The notes beneath the pieces are model-generated. The model ran no database searches. It was not told the origin of the DNA and saw only the letters and a program-made list of their open reading frames with translations. 64,000 nt of DNA from Octopus vulgaris (taxonomy: Eukaryota). The DNA is taken from assembly GCA_951406725.2 (NCBI GenBank), contig OX597815.1, positions 46,376,001 through 46,440,000 of the forward strand, in the 5' to 3' direction. Below, piece by piece: positions 42,493 to 55,503 of the stretch. Numbering within the stretch: position 1 is the stretch's first letter; every line of letters begins with the position of its first letter. The translations under genes and the position numbers were made by a program.

Positions 42493-42850
42493 GGAGGCGC
42501 AATGGCCCAGTGGTTAGGGTGCGGACTCGCGGTCGTAGGATCGCGGTTTCGATTCCCAGACCGGGCGTTGTGAGAGTTTATTGAGCGAAAACACCTAAAT
42601 CTCCACGAGGGGATGGTGGCGAACCCTGCTGTACTCTTTCACCACAACTTTCTCTCATTCTTTCTTCCTGCTTCTGTATTTCAAAGAGCCAGCCTTGTCA
42701 CACTCTGTGTCACGCTGAATCTCCTCGAAAACTACGTTAAGAGTGCGCGTGTCTGTGGAGTGCTCAGCCACTTGCACGTTAATTTCACGAGCAGGCTGTT
42801 CCGTTGATCGGATCAACTGGAACCCTCGTCGACGTAACCGACGGAGTGCT
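42493..42850 (+). mobile_element. SINE, head H1 with tail T1 (octopus OR-like)
   Basis: A box TGGCCCAGTGG, B box GGTTTCGATTCCC; inserted in (ATGT)n. The OR assignment is from memory and needs a library check. Confidence 0.85.
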
Positions 42851-43650
42851 ACCAATGTATGTATGTATGTATGTATGTATGTATGTATGTATGAAAACAG
42901 AGTGTGTGAGAAAGAGAGAGAGAGAGTGAGAAAGAGTTTTCGTCTGCAGAGAGATCTCGACTGCGAAATTCACTTACAGGACATTCACCGGCCTGATACT
43001 GATAGAAAAGGGCCTTGTCCAAGACATCACCAGTAGGCTGAACCCAAATCTATGTGGTTGCAAAACGAATATTTGAACAACAGAGCCACACCTGCGCATA
43101 TCATATGACAATATTCTTAACAGATCTATTGATTATTTAAAACTTTGGTACAGTCACACCATAATCGAAATCCAATACAATACTTAACGTATAGTCGAAC
43201 AGATATCTTTTGTTTGTTTGTTTGTTTATTTATTTGTTTATTCTATATTTATTCGCTCGTTCGTTTATTGACTCTTGCATTTCCTGAGGTTTCATTAACA
43301 TCATTGCTTTTTATCAAGGGTCATTTAATAAATGCGTGTGCGAGCACCCGTGCTTGCGTATAGGTTTACCTATATGCGTGCAAAAGCTTATATAGGTACG
43401 TAGGTAGGTCTAGGATATGCTAATAGTGTTAATTACTTTTGGGTTTATTGGTTTTGATCCTTTGAATTTACATGTAAAGGTCAATGTTTTAAAAGTAATT
43501 AAAAGTAATTAAAACGACTGGCACATCCTCGACCTACCTGCATTCTCTTTGTGACCTACTAAAAAAACAATGACCCGAAGGGAACACAGCTTGTTATACA
43601 CGCCTGCCCACAAAGTTCTACATACATGAGTAAATTCTGAACAATAACAT

Positions 43651-44035
43651 GTGGAAGCACTCCGTCGGTTACGACGACGAGGGTTCCGGTTGATCCGAAT
43701 CAACGGAACAGCCTGCTCGTGAAATTAACGTGTAAGTGGCTGAGCACTCCACAGACAGGTGTACCCTTAACGTAGATCTCGGGGATATTCAGCGTGACAC
43801 AGAGAGTGACAAGGCCGGCCCTTTGAAATACAGGTACAACAGAAACAGGAAGTAAGAGTGAGAGAAAGTTGTGGTGAAAGAGTACAGCAGGGATCACCAC
43901 CATCCCCTGCCGGAGACTCGTGGAGCTTTAGGTGTTTTCGCTCAATAAACACTCACAACGCCCGGTCTGGGAATCGAAACCGCGATCCTATGACCGCGAG
44001 TCCGCTGCCCTAACCACTGGGCCATTGCGCCTAAC
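43651..44035 (-). mobile_element. SINE, head H1 with tail T1, 10-bp TSD
   Basis: ACAATAACAT at 43641-43650 and 44036-44045. Confidence 0.9.
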
Positions 44036-44317
44036 ACAATAACATAAACCCAAATTAAATCAATAAAAATTTTCCCCAAAACATCTCTCTTTCACAACCC
44101 ACCCTACGACCTAATTAACATTTCACTCCTACCCATATATGCAAGAAAGATTTTAACTCAATTGAGACTCTATAAAGTCAGGATTAACTTCAATACATCG
44201 CAGTCCCATAATAGCTCAGCTGGTCGAAACGTCGAGGCCACTGTCAATAATATTCTTGCATATTAAATTTATATAATATATACATAATATATAATACATA
44301 TAATATATATAATATGT

Positions 44318-44620
44318 GGAGGCGCAATGGCCCAGTGGTTAGGGCAGCGGACACGCGGTTGTAGGATCGCGGTTTCGATTCCCAGACCGGGCGTTGTGAG
44401 TGTTTATTGAGCGAAAACACCTTAAGCTCCACGAGGCTCCGGCAGGGGATGTTGGCGATCCCTGCCGTACTCTTTCGCCGCAACTTTCTCTCACTCTTTC
44501 TTCTGTTGGCCTGCTCGCTTAGCCAGCGGGGTGGCGTCATTTGAAGGCTAAAACAATGCAAAGCCCATTGTGACCAGCGATGTGTAGCAACATCTGATAG
44601 CCTGGTCGGTCACGGTGATA
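44318..44620 (+). mobile_element. SINE, head H1 with tail T2
   Basis: Head matches the 42493 copy; tail matches the 11222 copy. Confidence 0.85.
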
Positions 44621-44707
44621 TATAATATACACAATATATATATAGTGTATATGTAATGCATATAATATATATGTAATGTATATAATATAGTATAGTATGG
44701 TATATAA

Positions 44708-44865
44708 TCCTTTTTTTCTACTCTAGGCACAAGGCCCGAAATGTTGGGGGAGGGGGTACTTAATTTGTCAACCCCGAAATGATGAAAGGCAAAGTCGACC
44801 CCGGCGGAATTTGAACTCAGAACATAAAGACAGATGAAATACGGCTAAGCATTTCGCCCGGCGAA
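44708..44865 (-). mobile_element. SINE family A, deleted copy
   Basis: Tail B and central domain. Confidence 0.8.
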
Positions 44866-45024
44866 ATGCATGTGGGTGGGTGGGTTGCGTGCATGCATAC
44901 ATCCATAGCCGTATACATAATACATATACATGCATACATACATGATAGATTAACTATACTTTACAAGAATAATAACGTATCCATATGTGTATAGGCTAAT
45001 TGATGTAGGAATGGTTACAGCTGG

Positions 45025-45150
45025 CCAGATGATCCTGAAATGTCGGTGCTTGCATGCAAATACTTGCCTGGCACCCAACAATTCATCTAGAATTATCAAA
45101 AGTGATCCATCATTCAGTCCAAGTTGTGCAGTTGTGGACGTTACTAGATT
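45025..45150 (+). pseudogene. Possible decayed hAT transposase C-terminal dimerisation fragment
   Basis: PEMSVLACKYL then, after a frameshift, AP..SS...SDPSFS....V...R, resembling PxLxxLAxKYL..PATS..SERxFS. Confidence 0.35.
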
Positions 45151-45591
45151 TGATGGAAATTTAAACCAATTTCCTGTTGCTGTCATGTGACTGCGTTCAC
45201 TGGCAATAAATTTGGAATCTTCTCGACCACCATTGCAACGCCAATTGCCACTGCCACCGCCACCCTGATAGAATCACAGAAGAGTCTGATACATCACTAT
45301 CATGTTCATAATAATCGACACTATTATCAGATTCGCTCTGATTATAATCCCTTAATCTGTAAACCTAATGACTGAGAATATCAGAGTATTTCAAGATATA
45401 GTAAGAGGGTCGTATATGTAGAATGTTCACCATTGCTGCAACCACGATGCGAAGTCGACGACGACGACCACCACCACCACCGTAATAATAACAACAATAC
45501 TCTACTACTACTACTACTACTACCACTACAACAGTAGATTAGTAGTAGTAGTTGAGTATTCTTCCTTCATTGCTTTTGCCACTCATTCTGT

Positions 45592-45660
<69 letters not shown>

Positions 45661-46379
45661 CACTACCACTACAAGTAGTAGTAGTAACAGAATGAGTGGC
45701 AAAAGCAATGAGGGAAGAAGAATATATCGCAAATGTCATCAATACAGTCGCCGCGATAACGAACATGAAATGTTACTACAAACATAATCCTAATTCTACT
45801 ACGTAGTCGTTTCACAAGCTAGAAATAGCAGCCAACTATCCCGCAAATTTCAGTTCTTCGTTTTAGGGATGATACATCGTATAATGTGATTCTGGGTTCT
45901 CAGCATATAGGGAAAAGATGTGTTGTTCATAGCCAGGAGTGTGTTTGATGATATATCTGTTCGATCAGGGAAGACCTGAATTTAAGTGGTACCACCACCG
46001 CTAAGTATCAACAAAACTATATGACAATGCAAGCCAACAAGTTCTCTACATGATCACTTCACCTGCTAGAAATACCAAATAAATCTCTCAATTTAAACGT
46101 TGCTAAATGAGCCATTGAGCTTGTGAAGGCGACACTTGAAGGAGTTCACTTAAGCTCTATATAGCCATTTCATGCATTGATTGTGACGACATCACCTCAG
46201 TATATAATGTTTTCCGCTTCCTTCAGTGGAACTTCTGTACCTCAGCAACTGTATGTCGGTGCTTTATATTTAGTTGCAGCTATGTTTGGCTTATGACTCT
46301 TAGTAGCATTTAAACATCTTTTCTGTTAATGCTGACTTTATTGAATAGACGGTTCTACTTTAGCTGGTTTGAAAAAATT

Positions 46380-46870
46380 CAAAACATTTCCCATTCTTAA
46401 TACGAAAACATTACCCGAACAACCACACATTTTACAAACTGTTCAACACTAAGATGAACTATAGATCATAGATCCGCAAAAACGTGTCTAAATGTCATCA
46501 AGGACCGTGTTGCAAAAATACTGCAGCCAAATATAGTACAAGTGAAACTGTATACAATCTTAGAAAGATAAATCTTTATGCAATGAATGGCAAGTCCCAA
46601 CAAAAATGTTCTATATCATGTGCTGGTAGCTATGTCAGAAACATGCCAACAGCTTTTTTTATAGCGGTTAAAATGCGCTTTTTCGAGAATTACTTGCGCC
46701 AGTATCATAGCTCTTTCTCTCATCACCACCTGGAAAGCACCACGATATGATCAAAGTACATGTGGAAACAGAGAGAACGAAAAAATTCTAAGCATCTCAT
46801 TGGCCGCGTTGAATTAGATACAGACTATTATCATGTAACATCAACGTCACCAATAAGATCTACAGCATCC
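46380..46870 (+). mobile_element. Old Naiad-type PLE coding remnant
   Basis: Fragments in order: KHYPNNHTFYKLFN, MNGK..NVLYHVLV, RQYHSSF, STT..SKYMWKQRE; same order as in the 54.7 kb and 15.7 kb copies. Confidence 0.6.
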
Positions 46871-47155
46871 ACATTTTTACCTCAGTTTTAAATAAGGAAA
46901 ATATGTACATTTCGACATGCTGATTCGTGTATAAATTCTTCCTTGAAAACATCTAACAGGTTTATAAAACTATGCATCTGTCTGTCTATCTTTATGTATG
47001 TATTGACATAGTATGTGTGTGTGTCTGTGTGTGTGTGCGTGCATGTGTGCGTGTGTGTGTACTGACATATGAGATGAATACATGCACAGGTGTATGTGTA
47101 TATGGTGTTTGCAAGGATGTATGCATGTATAAATATATGTTTATATGAATGGATG

Positions 47156-47217
<62 letters not shown>

Positions 47218-47995
47218 CATATATACACATCAATAATTATCTTAGTGTACATAGCACCCTTTCCCGATGAAAGAAAAAATGCAAGAGTAAAGAACTGTAT
47301 ACTTTTCCTAGCAAGACGTATTATGCAAAAGCAGAACACCTAGCAACATAATGTATTCAAAATCTAAGAAAATGAGCATTTGTTGTAATTGTAAGTTTCT
47401 TTGAAAAGATTGAAAAGGCTGGAATGCGATTTCAGGAAGTCTTTAACAATAAATAAATGTACCTGTGCATAGATAACAGAGTACATAGAGAAGACATAGG
47501 CACGATAACGTGCTTAAAGCATAAAGAATGGATGAAAACACATGATTATGATAACATTGACCATGAGATAAAACCAAAACAGCTATCGTGCCAATTTGAT
47601 TGCTCGAAGTATTAAATAAATTGCTCCAAAACGAATTTGAATGCTGGAAAAGACGCTTCCTCGTATTTCGACTAATTTGAATGCTCTCGGCGGGCATTTA
47701 AATTTGAATGATGTAAATGCTAAATTCTTTGACTGAAGTGCGAAATTAAATGATCGAAAAGCAAATTTGAATGACTAACTTCACGGCACTAATTTTTCTT
47801 GCGACTTTAAATGACCCGATTATCAAATTGAATGACAAACGTAGGAAAATGACTGCAAAAACCTATATTAATCATAATAATAATAGTGCTATTGATAATG
47901 GCAATAATGGTGAGAATTTTCATGAAATATATAATAATGTTAGTGATGTTTATTGTAGCAGCGGATCTAATAATAATAATAATAATATTAATATT

Positions 47996-48028
<33 letters not shown>

Positions 48029-48075
48029 AATAATAATAATAATTTTTTATCTATTAGTGTGCGATATGACAAATA

Positions 48076-48815
48076 TTAGGTTGTTACGAAAATAATGGCC
48101 GCTCTAAGTGTTGTATTTTGAAACGCAATTTTATCATAGTATTTTAATTATATCTTAGGTGAATTTCGACATACTTAATAATTGATGCATGCTTTTTAAT
48201 AATTTTCTACTTATTTCAGACAGAAAATATTCTTGAAGCATAGGCACCCTTAATTATGAACATGACAAAAGAGAACCTTCGCTCATATTTCTTGCATACG
48301 TTCAAGCTTGGGCACAATGCCTCCCAAACTGCTGCCAATATCAACAGAGCATGGGGAAATGGGTCCACAACTGATCGCACAGTGCGAAGGTGGTTTTAGA
48401 AATTTCGTACTGGGGATAAGAGCCTTGAAGATGAAGAAGGGAGAGGACGGTTATGCAGTCTTCACAATGAACAATTGAAAGCAATTGTTGAACAAAACCT
48501 TCGTCAAAGTGTCAGAGAAATGTCTCAGGCACTTGGTGTCGGTATTGCAACGGTCTCACGCAATCTGTAGAAGATTGGTAAGATGAAAATCAAAAAGTTC
48601 GGTGTTTTGAAGTGTGCTCAATGCTCTTTCTGCGAAACACCAATGATCCGTTTCTTGATCGAATAGTCACTTGTGACGAAAACTAGATCCTTTATGATAA
48701 CTGTAAACCATCAGGTCAATGGCTTGATCGTCAGGAGTCCCCCAAACATTTCTCAAAGCCAAAGTTGCATCAGCAAAATATTATGGTGACTGTCTGGTGA
48801 TTTGCATCTGGTGTT
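48076..48815 (+). mobile_element. Mariner (Hsmar1/cecropia-like) 5' half, pseudogenised
   Basis: TA-TTAGGTTG TIR; ATG 48256 MNMTKENLRSYFLHTFKLGHNASQTAANINRAWG..TVRRWF*KF..SLEDE; FLDRIVTCDE..ILYDN; truncated. Confidence 0.88.
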
Positions 48816-48967
48816 TTTTTTCTATCCTGACTTTTATCCAATTAGCCTTTAATGTTTGATCTTTTGCTGCTATTAACAAACTTTCTGTCTCCTTTTTCAG
48901 CCTTCCCTTCTGCAACCATAACCATGTCTCACTACTACTATTTTCTTCAATTATCTTTGAGAATCTC

Positions 48968-48968
<1 letters not shown>
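48816..48968 (-). mobile_element. R4/Dong-like internal fragment adjoining (ATT)n/(ATC)n at 48969-49161
   Basis: TWLWLQKGRLKKETESLLIAAKDQTL matches the QQWLRSSGLKAETEGFLIAAQDQSL segment. Confidence 0.75.
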
Positions 48969-49044
<76 letters not shown>

Positions 49045-49064
49045 CATCATCATCATCATCATCA

Positions 49065-49158
<94 letters not shown>

Positions 49159-49572
49159 CATCTGCATACTAGATTTGATATTTTAAAATAAATACTGCTG
49201 CAATGACTTTTTAAATAATTTCCGTTAATACTTCAAATCTTATAGCGAATATACGAATACATTATTGCATATATACATATATGTGTGTGTGTTTGTGTGT
49301 GCATGTATGTGTGTGTCCTTGCATATTTGCCTATGTCAGCATCTATGTATATGCGAGAACATACATATGCGTGCGTTTGTGTGAATGAACGTATGTTTAT
49401 ATTGACGCTTAATATATTGCTTTTGTTTCTTGTATGAACTGTATATGAGAGAAATTCGTTTTAAAATGTGTCATTCAGCATTCTTCATTTAAAAATCCAT
49501 TGTATCAATTTGTATCTCCTTACAAAACTTGATTTATTTATTTTTTTTTCCTGTGTACATCTGTGCCTTTGT

Positions 49573-49636
<64 letters not shown>

Positions 49637-49712
49637 GCATCAAAGTTAAAATATATGTATATCTGTACCGGATTTATCTAAGGTTTGTATGTGAATGATT
49701 ATGTATGTGTGC

Positions 49713-49755
<43 letters not shown>

Positions 49756-50037
49756 CATACATACATATATATATATATATGTATATATATACACGCATAT
49801 ATATATGTATGTATCTAGTTGTGTTTGCATTTTATACTTCTGAAAGTATATATCAATGTACATTCACAAATGTAAAATATATATCTATGCGTTTGTTATT
49901 ATATAAGTTATGTATATGAATGCATATGTGTGTATGTGGGTATGTATATGTAGACAAATATATTTCGTATTTGTAAATGCAAGTACATTTATATGTAAAT
50001 GCACATATGAATATATGTGTGTATGAATGTAAGCGTG

Positions 50038-50075
<38 letters not shown>

Positions 50076-50102
50076 CTCGTGTATATATATGTGTGTTTAT
50101 AC

Positions 50103-50153
<51 letters not shown>

Positions 50154-51008
50154 GGTGTGTATATTTGTGTCTGTATGTGCATGTATGCTCACACATATGA
50201 ACCTGTATTTAACTCCATGTATATTTACATTCATAAACCTGTTTCTATTCATAGGGCGTCTCAGCATATTCCTCATAACTCACTATACATAAACATTTTG
50301 ACCAAATGCAAATTTTGTATTGCTTGATTCTCTGTCTGAAGAATTTCATATAGGAGATATCATACATGTTTCTCCTGCATGTACAACTTTGTAAGTCCTA
50401 TTAGCAAATGAAATATGTTTAACAGTGAAGAACTAATATCGAAAGGTTTTTCCAAAACTTCTGTTTGATATATAGTTACTCTACAAAATATATTTCCCAG
50501 AATTTTAACCTTTTATGCCTATTTCACAAATGTAGCATATACATACGGATTAGAAATACTGGAATAAGCAGATGCGCTTCAAGAGAACACAGCTCCTTCA
50601 CCGACTATTGAAGAGCTTGCAAGAAGCAACGAAAAGTTTAGAAAAAAAATGAGTGGAAATTGAACCAGTCCGTGTGTTAATTAAAAAGGCATTAAAACAG
50701 AATGACTCTCCCAGACACAATAATGTGTGTGTGTGTGTGTGTGTGTTTGTTTGTTTCTTATGCAGTGTCAGAAATCCAGGGTCTGGAATTATCCAGTATT
50801 TTTTTTGCTAGTTTATTTTGTCTCTTGCCTTTTCTCTGTATAAACATTTAATGTGGTTTTAGAGTCAAGTTTTGGTTGCTGTTTCCAGCGTGGTGGTATC
50901 TCTTAGATACCCTAAATTAAAATTTTCATAATAATTATTATCTTTGAAGGTTTTTATTCCCATACTGGCCACCTGATAAGATTGGTATTTAAATAACGAT
51001 CTTATACT

Positions 51009-51132
<124 letters not shown>

Positions 51133-51184
51133 TAACATTCATGTAAAAAGCAGGTTGCAATGTTTCACATAAAAGGAGAATTAT

Positions 51185-51615
51185 AACTGTTACTAAATTT
51201 GACGAGGGTGTTAAAAAACACCTACATTGCTAGTAATAAGAGCAAAAGTGCTCTGGTGCTGTAGTTAAATGCACACGAATGAAATCATATACTAACAGGG
51301 TCCTTAATTGTCTGAAAATACCGATCGAGAATTCTTAAGACTGGCGCGTGAGTTTCAACAATTTCCGTTGCCATCATCAGTTAAGCCAGCTCGTTGTTCG
51401 GCTGTTTCCGGATCTGTTTCTTTATTAGCATACATATTTTCGTCATTTGATGATGGCAACGGAAATTGTCGAAATTGATGCGTCTTAAGAATCCTCGGAC
51501 CCTGTTAGTATATGTGCTTTCATTCATGTGCGTTAGCTGCAGTATTAGAGCTTTTAGCTCTTATTTCTAGCAATGTATGTGCTTTTTAACATCCTAATCA
51601 CATTTAGTGACAATT
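51185..51615. mobile_element. Diverged inverted pair of hammerhead-bearing termini
   Basis: Arms about 51185-51379 and 51448-51615 are reverse-complement homologues. Confidence 0.8.
51334..51385 (-). ncRNA. Type I hammerhead ribozyme motif
   Basis: Minus: CTTAA-CTGATGA-T-GGCAA..TTGTT-GAAAC-TCACGCGCCA-GTC-TTAAG; perfect 5-bp stem I. Confidence 0.65.
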
Positions 51616-51819
51616 AAATATATATATATATATATAAACATACATGTACGTATGTATGTTTATTTTGTATGTATATATATATATATATAAATATAAATAA
51701 ATATATATATATATATATCCTTGGATGCCTGGCGTTCATTGATGTAATAATATAGATAACATATATATATACACATATGCATATGTACATACGTATATGT
51801 ACATAGTCACATCTACTCG

Positions 51820-52345
51820 TATATACATATGCATATGTGAGCACAGGATGTGTACAACAAAAAAGTACGAAGCACGAGTACATGGAACATGAAGTATTCT
51901 TTCGAACAACGAAAGACACAAATGGAAAACAAAATAAACATAAAGAACGACCCTTCATCAGTTGTTGGCTCTTTCTCTAGTCTCGTATTTCGAGCATTTA
52001 ACAATAATATACGCTTTCGATAAAACAGTTGCTCCCGCAAAGCAAATTAAATAAAATTTGGGATTTTGAGGAAGGTCAAAATAGGTAACACAAACAGGAA
52101 GGGCTGCTAATCCTAAACGAGCTTGTGGTGGCGAACGCATAAATCAAGCTAGGACAGGAGACAAACAAGACCACATCTTTCCTGTTCGAGCTACAACGGA
52201 GACAAAGAAAGATGAACGATGCCCACGTGGGAGCCACGTGAGCAAGTGAAAGAGAGTGACAGAGTTATAAGATAGAATGGTGGGAGAAGAGGAGGTAAAA
52301 GAATAAGAGAGATGGCTCCCACGCAACCATCGTCTATCTTTCTTT
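51820..52345 (-). mobile_element. Non-coding repeat homologous to 23260-23590, with CTGATGAAGGG motif
   Basis: Shared blocks as above; purine-rich distal end similar in style to 9620-10345. Confidence 0.55.
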
Positions 52346-52359
52346 CTTTTCGTGTCAGT

Positions 52360-52810
52360 CCTGCATTCTTTTCGTGTCAGTCCTGAGGTTATGACACCTT
52401 CGGGCCATCTAATGTTGGTGAGGTTGAAGTCACCCACCAGAAGTACATTAAGGCATTGGTCTAGGTTTGTGAGTACTTCTTTTATCTTTGTAATCGTAGT
52501 TTGAGGCATCAGGTGGACGGTAAACTGTGCATTCCACCACGTCAAGTTGCAGATCACATTCAAATGCGACAGCAGTGTCAATGCTGTGACATCTTCACCG
52601 ATGTACATCGGAACTCCGGCGTGACTTCTCTCTTTTCTGTCTTTACGGAACAAAGTATACATTGGTACATGTATCTCTGCGTCATATATGTCTGCAGACA
52701 GATCAGTCTCTGTCAGTGCAATGCATACAGCTTGATTGTATGCAGACAGTTCTTCCAGGTAAGCAATTTTGCACTTGCTGTTGTTTTGCAAGAGGCCTCA
52801 GATATTCATC
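52360..52810 (-). mobile_element. LINE (CR1/L2-type) apurinic endonuclease fragment
   Basis: IALTETDL, YTLFRKDR...GV.MYI, LLVGDFN in ORF 52144-52791. Confidence 0.85.
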
Positions 52811-52979
52811 AGTAGAATTGGTGTGACAGACGACTCGGCGGTAGTGGTGGCCATCCTGGTTCCATTACTTGTGGTGGTCTTGTGTGTGGGTGTACATGGC
52901 TTAATTTTGTGTGTGGCCATGATAATTGCTGCGCTAACGTTTGTGCAATACTTTAATAAATACATATATAGTTATTTAG

Positions 52980-53015
<36 letters not shown>

Positions 53016-53020
53016 CATAC

Positions 53021-53078
<58 letters not shown>

Positions 53079-53857
53079 GAGAGAAAGAGAGAGAGATATG
53101 CACATATATGTATATAATGTATATATAAATGTATGTGTAATGTAGGTATATGTATATATGCAGGTATGTCAAAACGCATACACTCATATATACACACATG
53201 TGTGCGTGTTTGTATATGCGTGTCTTGTGTGTGTGTGTTTGAAGTGTGCGAGGGAACAGACGACATAAATCGTTTCAAACTTGGGATTAAGGTCCAAGAA
53301 ATACAGGCTTCTCATATGAAAGACGAAATGTAAAGGGTCAAAATGACTGACAGACAGACAGACTGACTTACAGGTAGATAGAAGCATGTATGGATGGATG
53401 GATGGATTCATAAATGGCTTAATAGTAGGATGGATGCATGGATGTCTGGCTGGTTGGCAGCAGGCTGGCTGGCAGGTTGGCTGGATACTAAAACGAACAA
53501 GACGGCGCGTCTTTGTAACGTGAACAAATTAAGTTATTTATATGAAAAAAAGCTCAGCATAGCAACAGACGTCAAGCAGTTATATGCACATAAAGTAAAG
53601 GCAGATGTGCATATTATGTTGCATAGTGCACTAACATTGCATCGTGTGTACTAATTTATGGAAATAATGCAAGCGGCAAGGAACGTTCTCACATAATTTA
53701 CGGCCCATAGTAACCATGTCGAATGTACGTGCGAAAAAGGGTGTATTGAGTATTATGTGTATGTGTATGTATGACTGCATGTTTGCGTCTGGTTCCTTCT
53801 CTCCCTTCACCCTATCTCTGCCTTTGATTGATATATATACATATATATATATTTGTT

Positions 53858-53890
<33 letters not shown>

Positions 53891-53908
53891 GTATATATAT
53901 ATATACAC

Positions 53909-53941
<33 letters not shown>

Positions 53942-53959
53942 TGTTTGTATGTATATATA

Positions 53960-54108
53960 GGTGTGGCTGTGTGGCAAGAAGCTTGCTTCCCAACCGCTTG
54001 GTTCGGGGTTCAGTCCCACTGCGTGGAACCTTGGGCAAGTGTCTTCTAGTAGAGCCTCGGACCGTGCAAAGACTTGTGAGTGGATTTGGTAGGCGGAAAT
54101 TGAAAGAA
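53960..54108 (+). mobile_element. SINE family B, 5' half
   Basis: Match to consensus. Confidence 0.85.
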
Positions 54109-54310
54109 GTAGTCCTCAGTTTTCGAACAAATCTGATCGCAAATAAATCGCGTCATGATTGAACACCATCTCCAAATTTTTTTTTTATTCTCTTTCTGTT
54201 TATTGCCTCGTGTTCCTTTCTGTTGAAGACCGTAGGCTCGAAACGTTAATGACTTTCTTACCTTCCTGAGTGTCAAACTAATACACTTGTCTTCGTCTTT
54301 TGTAAAATTC

Positions 54311-54361
<51 letters not shown>

Positions 54362-54362
<1 letters not shown>

Positions 54363-55397
54363 TTTATTTAAAAGCAGCAGAAATTTAACAAAATCTGTTC
54401 GTCGGACAGTTTTGTTAAAATAGAACAGAAATAACGATATGATCAAAACTAGTTAAAGGATACACCTTTAAAAATGGATTTGTTTCATTGGTTCTTTCAG
54501 TTAACGGTCTTAAGCATGCAATGAAGAAAATAAACAAAATAAATTTTTGCGATGCGAAATAAATCATAAGTATTGTAAATAATTATATACGAAATATAAT
54601 TCAATTAATACCATTAAAATTAAAATTAAAATTTTCACGCTGCATTACATAAACATTTTATGTGAATATATTCGTGTGAGCCTTTTATCTGCACATTGGC
54701 TCTATACAGGATTCTTTTCTCCAGACATTTCCTTCCAACGGACAGGAGGTCCCATCTGTGCAATTGCAATTTTTAGGAAAAGAACCGGCACTATGATTAT
54801 TTGCAATTATCTTATTGGTGTGTTGGTTAATAAAAGAGGCAAAGTTTCTGCAGCAAGAATAGCTGATCTTAAGAGTTCTTCTATTAAATATTCTATAAAA
54901 CTTATGGTCAGGTTGAAAATGTCTAGAGACTAATTTTAAGAATTCCCTACCTATATTTGTTTTTACGGCCATATTGAAAGCTGGGTTAAACCACAAAACC
55001 CTCCTAGTCCTAGTTCTACGTGTAGCATTACTGCTAGCATTAAGGTGGTTATACTGGATCTTCTCAGAGAATCCACTATTCCTTAATGCGCTATTTGTAA
55101 TAAGGTGCGGTGTTTTGGAATGCTGCTTCATCTGAAGAAATTGACGATATTCGTCTACCTACATTACTAAGTTCCTAAGAATAACTGGCGGATGATTGGA
55201 TTGTTTGCTAATATAAGATAGCTCATCATTAGGCTTACGGCGAGGTTTAAATTTATCCAACTGTAAATCCAAATTTACATCTAAGAAATCTATACTTTTA
55301 AGGTTAGTAACTATCGTAATCCGTAAGTCTTTGGAAGAAAGCAATTAGATCCAACCTAAGCTTATCTAATTTACGTTTGTTACACATATTCCGCCAC

Positions 55398-55440
<43 letters not shown>

Positions 55441-55446
55441 TTTTTT

Positions 55447-55503
<57 letters not shown>

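Noticed and set aside
42493-42570. tRNA-like sequences (also 17078, 60015, 60308)
   Set aside because: They are SINE heads continuing into SINE bodies, without a proper acceptor stem and terminator; not called as tRNA genes.
44210-44245. CGAAACGTC hammerhead 3' half
   Set aside because: No CTGANGA box upstream.
50605-50645. TTGAAGA..GCAA-CGAAA hammerhead-like string
   Set aside because: First box mutated and no stem I or III; compatible with chance.
54685-55131. Selenocysteine recoding, reported for some Naiad PLEs
   Set aside because: The conserved Cys codons visible here are TGC/TGT; no in-frame TGA at those positions and no SECIS could be supported.
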